The translations under genes were made by a program, and so were the position numbers. 64,000 nucleotides of DNA from Candidatus Onthoplasma sp. (GTDB taxonomy: Bacteria > Bacillota > Clostridia > Christensenellales > UBA1242): positions 19 to 64,018 of the forward strand of contig JBGVOQ010000005.1 in the NCBI GenBank assembly GCA_045126575.1, given 5' to 3'. Positions 58,378 through 64,000 of the stretch are shown here, piece after piece. Position 1 is the stretch's first letter, and each line of letters begins with the position of its first letter. The notes under the pieces were generated by a model. That model saw only the letters and a program-made list of their open reading frames with translations, was not told the DNA's origin and did no database searches.

Positions 58378-59745
58378 TTAAAACATTACCTTTTCGCTGA
58401 TATATTCAACAAGTTTATCAATAGGTAAACGAATTTGTTCCATACTATCACGGTCACGAATTGTAACAGTGTTATCTTCCAAGGTATCAAAGTCGATTGT
58501 TACACAGAAAGGTGTACCAATTTCGTCCTGACGGCGATAACGTTTACCAATACTACCTGCCTCATCATATGTACACATAAAGTATTTGTTTAATTTCTTT
58601 AAAACATCATGTGCTTTTTCACTCATATTCTTTTGAAGTGGTAATACAGCCACCTTGTAAGGAGCAATCGCAGGATGGAAATGCATTACAACACGAGCAT
58701 CGCCACCTTCCAGCACTTCCTCGTCATATGCTTCACACATTAAAGCAAGTGTAAGTCGGTCAGCACCAATAGAATATTCTACAACATTTGGAGTATATCT
58801 CTCATTTGTAATAGGGTCTAGGTATTGCATACTCTTACCGCTAAATTCTTCGTGACGAGATAAATCCCAGTCGCTACGGTGGTGAATACCATTAAGTTCT
58901 TGCCAACCAATAGGGAACAAATATTGGATATCGCACGCAGCCTTAGCATAGTGAGCCAATTTGTCATGGTCATGGAAACGCAAATGTTCTGCCTTTAAAC
59001 CAAGTTCAACCACGAAGTCCCAAGCAAGTTTTTTATACTCTTCATAATGTTCAAATGCCTTTTCAGCCTTACAGAAAAGTTGATGTTCCATTTGTTCAAA
59101 TTCTACTGTTCTAAATAGGAAGTTACCTGGTGTAATTTCGTTTCTAAAACTCTTACCAATTTGAGCAATACCAAATGGCACTTTAGCACGAGATGTGCGT
59201 TGAACGTTTAGGAAGTTAACATATTCACCTTGCGCAGTTTCAGGGCGAAGATACACAGCATCTTTTTCACCATCAACTGTACCACGGCTAGTTGCAAACA
59301 TTAGGTTAAATGTACGAATTGGAGTCCAATCACGTTTACCACAGTTAGGACATTTAATATCGTGGTCGGCAATATATTGTTCCATCTCTGCATTTGTCAT
59401 CTTGTCAGGCACAACGTCACAACCTTTGTAATTTTCAATAATATTATCTGCACGGTGACGAGTTTTACAATTTTTACAATCCATCTTAGGGTCGCTAAAA
59501 CTTGCAGTGTGACCACTAGCATCCCAAACACGTGGGTTCATAAGTATTGCTGCGTCCACACCAAAACTATTTTCTGCCTCTTGCACAAAACGCTTCCACC
59601 AAGCGCGCTTAATGTTGTTTTTAAGTTCTACACCCACTGGTCCAAAGTCCCAAGTGTTGGCAAATCCGCCATAAACATCACTACCAGGGAAAACAAAACC
59701 CCTAGTTTTACATAAATTTACAATCTTATCCATTGTTAGTTTCAT
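58378..59745 (-). CDS. glyQS: glycine--tRNA ligase (alpha2 homodimeric type)
   Basis: 455 aa: RGFVFPGS..YGG.AN.WD.GP.G..LKNN., class II motifs and an anticodon-binding C-domain. Confidence 0.92.
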   Translation of the reverse strand: MKLTMDKIVNLCKTRGFVFPGSDVYGGFANTWDFGPVGVELKNNIKRAWWKRFVQEAENSFGVDAAILMNPRVWDASGHTASFSDPKMDCKNCKTRHRADNIIENYKGCDVVPDKMTNAEMEQYIADHDIKCPNCGKRDWTPIRTFNLMFATSRGTVDGEKDAVYLRPETAQGEYVNFLNVQRTSRAKVPFGIAQIGKSFRNEITPGNFLFRTVEFEQMEHQLFCKAEKAFEHYEEYKKLAWDFVVELGLKAEHLRFHDHDKLAHYAKAACDIQYLFPIGWQELNGIHHRSDWDLSRHEEFSGKSMQYLDPITNERYTPNVVEYSIGADRLTLALMCEAYDEEVLEGGDARVVMHFHPAIAPYKVAVLPLQKNMSEKAHDVLKKLNKYFMCTYDEAGSIGKRYRRQDEIGTPFCVTIDFDTLEDNTVTIRDRDSMEQIRLPIDKLVEYISEKVMF

Positions 59746-59874
59746 AATATACCTCTCTACGTTACCTATTATATCACGAATTTAAAACTTAGTAAAGAAT
59801 TTTTAACTATTTTAATATAATATTATATTAAGAAATAACTTACTACGTTATCCGCGCCTACTTACACCATGCAT

Positions 59875-59905
59875 AAAAAAAGACTTTAAGTGTAACCTTA
59901 AAGCC
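59875..59905 (-). terminator. Rho-independent terminator after the 1268-aa gene
   Basis: Minus strand: GGCTTTAAG-GTTACA-CTTAAAGTC (one G-U), followed by TTTTTT. Confidence 0.65.
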
Positions 59906-59930
59906 TTTTTTGATTTGGGTTGGTATGAGT

Positions 59931-62900
59931 TTAAGCAGTCTTTCCTGTCCTAGGAGCTATTGCTGCTTTAACTCTATCCCACAGACCCATGCCTTTATTT
60001 TTTACTCGTTCCTCTTCTTTTTTCCTTTCAGCTTCCTGAGCGCGTTTTTCTTCAACCTCAGATTGAATATTTTTAAACTTTTCTTGTTTTTCTTCAGATG
60101 TTTGTAATTTATTTTCCTCTGAATTAAACATTTCCTCCGCTTTTTCTTGACACGCTCTATAAGATTCTCGGTTAAATTTACCAGATGCCAATTTAAACTG
60201 ATTAGCAACGTCAGGTTTTTCTCTTACGCAATATTCATAATACGCGCATTTTGCAACCTCGCCATTGCGCTTCATTTTAGGATGCTCAGCCAACCAAGCA
60301 TTATATCCATCTGGGTCTTGTTCGCAAACCACTTCTGCTTGAACTCTTGTTTCAATATTATTTTTTATGCGATATGTATCCATTTCTGCATTAATTGAAT
60401 CTTTTTTCTCAGGATGAACACTTACTAAGTAACTTTTAAATCTCATTATTTGCACATCGACAGGTATACTAGTATTCCCTTTAGCTTGTTCCGCTGCTAT
60501 AAAGGCATCAAAATCAGTTTTATGAGCCGCAATAAGGTCTGCCATTGCCCAACGTTCGACATGCTTTTCATACTGAGCACGTCTTTGGTCCCTCAGTATC
60601 TTTGCCTGATTACGTGATTTTGCCACATCTACTTCCACGTCTGAAACCGCTCCATCCATGCTCTCTAGTTTATCACTATTCAACTCAACATATTTAGTAC
60701 TATGTGCTTCTCTTGATATGTCAGCAGTTTCTCCTAATACACGCCTTGCAATGTTGGAATTCATAACATGGGCCTTGTACGCCTCTTCAAAGTCAGCACT
60801 TTCGGTAGCTCTGGCTAGATTTTGATTAGCGGTTTCAACCATAGCTTTTGGCCCAGCAATTCTTTCTTCAACAGTTTCAAGCGCTTTTTTACCTTCTACC
60901 GCATCGGCTGCACGTTCTCTTTCGGAAGTTCTTTCCACCTTATGTGAAATCATTGCTGAATAGTCAGTATCGGCAGTTTGTACAGCCGCTGCAGCCTTCC
61001 TAGTAAATCCAAATCTGCTTGGACGCTTGGTTTCTACAGTTTCAACTGTTTCCTCCATATGAGCATGTACTATATTAGATTTTATATCACATTCAGACTC
61101 GTCAATTCTTGCAGGAACAGCCTTTCGTGCAGATTCCAACAATGCCTCACGTTTAGCCTTAACCATTTCACGGCGCTTTTTACGTGATGGCTCGAATACA
61201 TATTCGTCACTTTGTTTAAACACCTTAATTTTTTGTCTAAGTGAGCCATGCTCTGCTATGTATGCGCTAGATTTTCTTTCAGCCTTCCAATTCTCATAAT
61301 CTGCAGTATGCTCTTTAGCCTCTTTTCTAGTATAGCCATTTTCTCTACGGAATGCTCTCTTGCTGGTGGAAAGCGCATTTCTATCACCTCTGATAAACGC
61401 TCTTTCACGCCTTCGTGCCATTGCAAAACCTATCACATTAGCATTGGTAATTTTTGATTTTTTGTTTAAGTCAAAAGGTATATCCAACTGTCCTTGAGAC
61501 AATATTTGCAGTCTACCAATTTCCTTTTCACACTTATTCATGTATGCAAGCTTAAGCTCGGCTACCCTTGGCCCATACTCAGCGTCTGGAAGTTTACGTG
61601 CTTTTCGGACTTCACGTCTAAGTTCTCTGTCATATTTACGAATGTTTCTTTTACAAACTTTTTCGGCATTCTTTTGCATTTTCCTAAGCATTTTTTCTGG
61701 ATTTAAATGATTAATCCTGTATGCCTTGATTGCCCTATATATTGGAGCAACCACAGCACCAACAGCCGCAACTCCAACCATTGGAAGCCCAATTAACATT
61801 CCAACAGGGAATAGATAGGTAGTAATACCCATACCAAATGCTGCTAGTGAGAATAATACATCATTAGCCTTTTTGGAGTCTACCACAACCCTTCCATTAA
61901 TTACCTCAACCTTGCTACCACCAATAACATTTGGTATTATTTTAGGGTCTAGTTCAAATTCGCTTGTTCCCTCATATGTATTTTTAAAATCATCAAGTTC
62001 GTGTGTTTGGTTAGGATTTTTGTCATCAATAACAACCGTCTTAAATGGCTTTTGTCTAAACTCTTCTTGTTGCTTCAATGCGTCATCAAGCTCGTTAACT
62101 TCATGTGCGCCGCAATATCCCGGACCAATACCCTTTGCTTCAAGTTCCGCCCTCTCGGCATCACTCAACCTTGCCCATTCAACATCGGTTAAAATTGGCC
62201 CCGTCTGCACCACATCTGCCACAACCTTGTACTTTCCATCAACTTTTTCCATCAATTTAGATGGCATCAATGGTATTATGTCAGATTTCACCTTCATTGT
62301 TACTTGCGCTGACAACTCTTTAAATCTTTCATCTGTTAAAAGGTTTACCTTATATTGTTTACCTTGATAAACTAGTGTACAATTGCCAATACCCTTTCCT
62401 GCAACGATTTCAGCATCACGAATTTCGATAGCGCCCATTTTAAATGAAACTGTTAGTTTGTCACCATCTGTAAATGTAATATCAGTCACCTTTTGCGCTG
62501 GTACGGTTGTTATAAGCAAGTGCTTATAGTTATCAACTAATTCTCCGCTAACTGTTATTGTTTTTTTATTTTTATGTATAAGTGTGAATGATTTAATCTT
62601 TCCATCTTCCCACTTAATATTTCTAATAGTTTTATCACCAATTTGGTATGATTTAACTACATTTATGTTTTGTTCCCTATCAAATTCCCATTCTATATTT
62701 TGTATATCAAAATCATTGATAATAATATCTAGATTATTTTTATCAACTTCTACCTGTCCGCTAAATTTGATATCGATACAATCATTCTTGTCACCATCTT
62801 TCGCCGGTTTTGCTTCAATATGGTCTACACGAAAAACTCTAACATTAGGGCCCATATCCCAATCGTGATGAGGTTCTCTTCCGGGCTGCAAATATATTTC

Positions 62901-63737
62901 ACTACGACCATCTCTAAATTCAATTCTAGCTATCGATCTTTCACTTGAAATATATACTGATTTAACATCACCACCATCAAAACTTAACTCAAGTCTGGTG
63001 CCTTTACCCGAATTTTTTGCTATTTTTTCTGCGTTAAGTGGATAAAATCTCTTTGAACTATCTGAACCAATTTTATCTCTAAACACAGCGATATATGATT
63101 CGTTAATCGCTATATCACTCTCAGTAAGTTGTTTTTTCTCTCCAGCAACTGTAATACTTGCTGTTCCATCATCATCAATTTCCACCTTTGGATTTCCATC
63201 ATCATCTGTGCCAATATCAACAATTTTTCCATCTATTAATACATGTGAGATTTCTCTATAATTTTCACCATCATCTGGAGTGCCCACATAAAATTTGCCA
63301 TCATGCACAGGTCCCACAAACGGAGTCTCATCACTGGTTTCAACCTTTTTGTATGCAGGTATTTGAACTTCGTCCTTATGAATATATCTTCCATCAGCAC
63401 ATCTATAAAAATTACCTTCTGGATTTGGATTCATAATCACAATCTGGCTGAACAGTGTAGGTACCACATTTACTTCCACTTCTGCACCTTCATCATTTTT
63501 ATTTTTGATAAAGTAATGACCATCCGATTTAATATCAGAATATTTTACCTCTCTAACCTCTTCGCCATTACGTTCATAAATAACAAGGTCGCTTGTAATT
63601 AATTTATACGAACCGTCTTCAAGCATAATATGGGTAGCAGCGCTGCTACTTTTAGCCTCCACATACGAACGAGTTCTAATTACGGTTTCCCCATTAAAGT
63701 CTTTTTTACTTTTACCGATTACAGCTTCAACACTCAT
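59931..63737 (-). CDS. giant orphan membrane protein (1268 aa)
   Basis: Uninterrupted ORF with a GGAGA RBS and its own promoter and terminator. The N-terminal roughly 620 aa look beta-rich with no signal peptide. A hydrophobic hairpin lies at about residues 622-666 (nt about 61740..61870). The C-terminal roughly 600 aa are highly charged and helical (R/K/E-rich). No family recognised. Confidence 0.7.
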   Translation of the reverse strand: MSVEAVIGKSKKDFNGETVIRTRSYVEAKSSSAATHIMLEDGSYKLITSDLVIYERNGEEVREVKYSDIKSDGHYFIKNKNDEGAEVEVNVVPTLFSQIVIMNPNPEGNFYRCADGRYIHKDEVQIPAYKKVETSDETPFVGPVHDGKFYVGTPDDGENYREISHVLIDGKIVDIGTDDDGNPKVEIDDDGTASITVAGEKKQLTESDIAINESYIAVFRDKIGSDSSKRFYPLNAEKIAKNSGKGTRLELSFDGGDVKSVYISSERSIARIEFRDGRSEIYLQPGREPHHDWDMGPNVRVFRVDHIEAKPAKDGDKNDCIDIKFSGQVEVDKNNLDIIINDFDIQNIEWEFDREQNINVVKSYQIGDKTIRNIKWEDGKIKSFTLIHKNKKTITVSGELVDNYKHLLITTVPAQKVTDITFTDGDKLTVSFKMGAIEIRDAEIVAGKGIGNCTLVYQGKQYKVNLLTDERFKELSAQVTMKVKSDIIPLMPSKLMEKVDGKYKVVADVVQTGPILTDVEWARLSDAERAELEAKGIGPGYCGAHEVNELDDALKQQEEFRQKPFKTVVIDDKNPNQTHELDDFKNTYEGTSEFELDPKIIPNVIGGSKVEVINGRVVVDSKKANDVLFSLAAFGMGITTYLFPVGMLIGLPMVGVAAVGAVVAPIYRAIKAYRINHLNPEKMLRKMQKNAEKVCKRNIRKYDRELRREVRKARKLPDAEYGPRVAELKLAYMNKCEKEIGRLQILSQGQLDIPFDLNKKSKITNANVIGFAMARRRERAFIRGDRNALSTSKRAFRRENGYTRKEAKEHTADYENWKAERKSSAYIAEHGSLRQKIKVFKQSDEYVFEPSRKKRREMVKAKREALLESARKAVPARIDESECDIKSNIVHAHMEETVETVETKRPSRFGFTRKAAAAVQTADTDYSAMISHKVERTSERERAADAVEGKKALETVEERIAGPKAMVETANQNLARATESADFEEAYKAHVMNSNIARRVLGETADISREAHSTKYVELNSDKLESMDGAVSDVEVDVAKSRNQAKILRDQRRAQYEKHVERWAMADLIAAHKTDFDAFIAAEQAKGNTSIPVDVQIMRFKSYLVSVHPEKKDSINAEMDTYRIKNNIETRVQAEVVCEQDPDGYNAWLAEHPKMKRNGEVAKCAYYEYCVREKPDVANQFKLASGKFNRESYRACQEKAEEMFNSEENKLQTSEEKQEKFKNIQSEVEEKRAQEAERKKEEERVKNKGMGLWDRVKAAIAPRTGKTA

Positions 63738-63763
63738 TAATCCATCTCCTATTATTTAATTAA

Positions 63764-63792
63764 ATAATACCATTTTTATTTTACTAAGTCAA
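63764..63792 (-). promoter_or_regulatory. sigma-A promoter of the 1268-aa gene
   Basis: Minus strand: TTGACT (63792..63787), 17 nt, TATTAT (63769..63764). Confidence 0.55.
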
Positions 63793-64000
63793 CACTATAC
63801 TGGAAATAATTGTTTTGCAAATCATTTTATTTACACAAATCAATCTACAAAACTCTTACATTTTGCCTAAATCTAATAGTATTTGCTACCCTAACCGTGT
63901 ATCAGCCAGCATAAAAATATACAAAAAATATCGAAATTGTAAAAATTTTTAACTTTTTTTAATTTTTTTTGAAATTTGACTTGACAGACCATATTCTTTT

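Noticed and set aside
1-64000. Searched for mobile elements, prophage, CRISPR arrays, retron/DGR reverse transcriptases and classical defence genes
   Set aside because: No transposase, integrase, RT, Cas, restriction or helicase-nuclease-like translations appear in any listed ORF. No regularly spaced direct repeats were found. The only duplication seen is the 45-bp tRNA-Ile repeat.

Overview
This is a 64-kb chromosomal segment of a low-GC, Bacillota-like bacterium using the standard genetic code. Long housekeeping ORFs are intact, so TGA is not read as Trp. About 85% of genes lie on the minus strand. Most of the content is core machinery: rpoB-rpoC, ndk, hflX, lysS, queH, four tRNAs, the fakA/yloV-asp23 pair with divergent rpmB, a CIRCE/HrcA-controlled hrcA-grpE-dnaK-dnaJ operon, tig-clpP-clpX, aspS, mscL, fhs, rubrerythrin, rarA, gap, rplM-rpsI, truA, a cell-wall amidase and glyQS. 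Many intergenic regions show textbook sigma-A promoters (TTGACA-17-TATAAT), GGAGG ribosome-binding sites and hairpin plus T-run terminators.

I found no CRISPR array, transposase, integrase, reverse transcriptase or rRNA. The unusual signals are lineage-specific decorations and orphan modules:
- GrpE carries a roughly 120-residue metallothionein-like cysteine cluster, and an extra orphan gene sits inside the dnaK operon.
- A tandem 36-aa-repeat (mTERF-like) protein pair.
- An XRE-HTH fusion protein translationally coupled to a Rel/SpoT-like protein that appears to be hydrolase-only (HD, degenerate synthetase, TGS).
- A perfect 45-bp duplication of the 5' half of tRNA-Ile that ends at the anticodon.
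- An SPFH/zinc-ribbon three-gene membrane module.
- A 1268-aa orphan membrane protein.
- Lys-rich tails on GAPDH, S9 and MscL.
- Two apparently leaderless genes.
- A 650-bp gene-free but highly structured spacer.

All functional calls come from reading the translations by eye. No database search was run.
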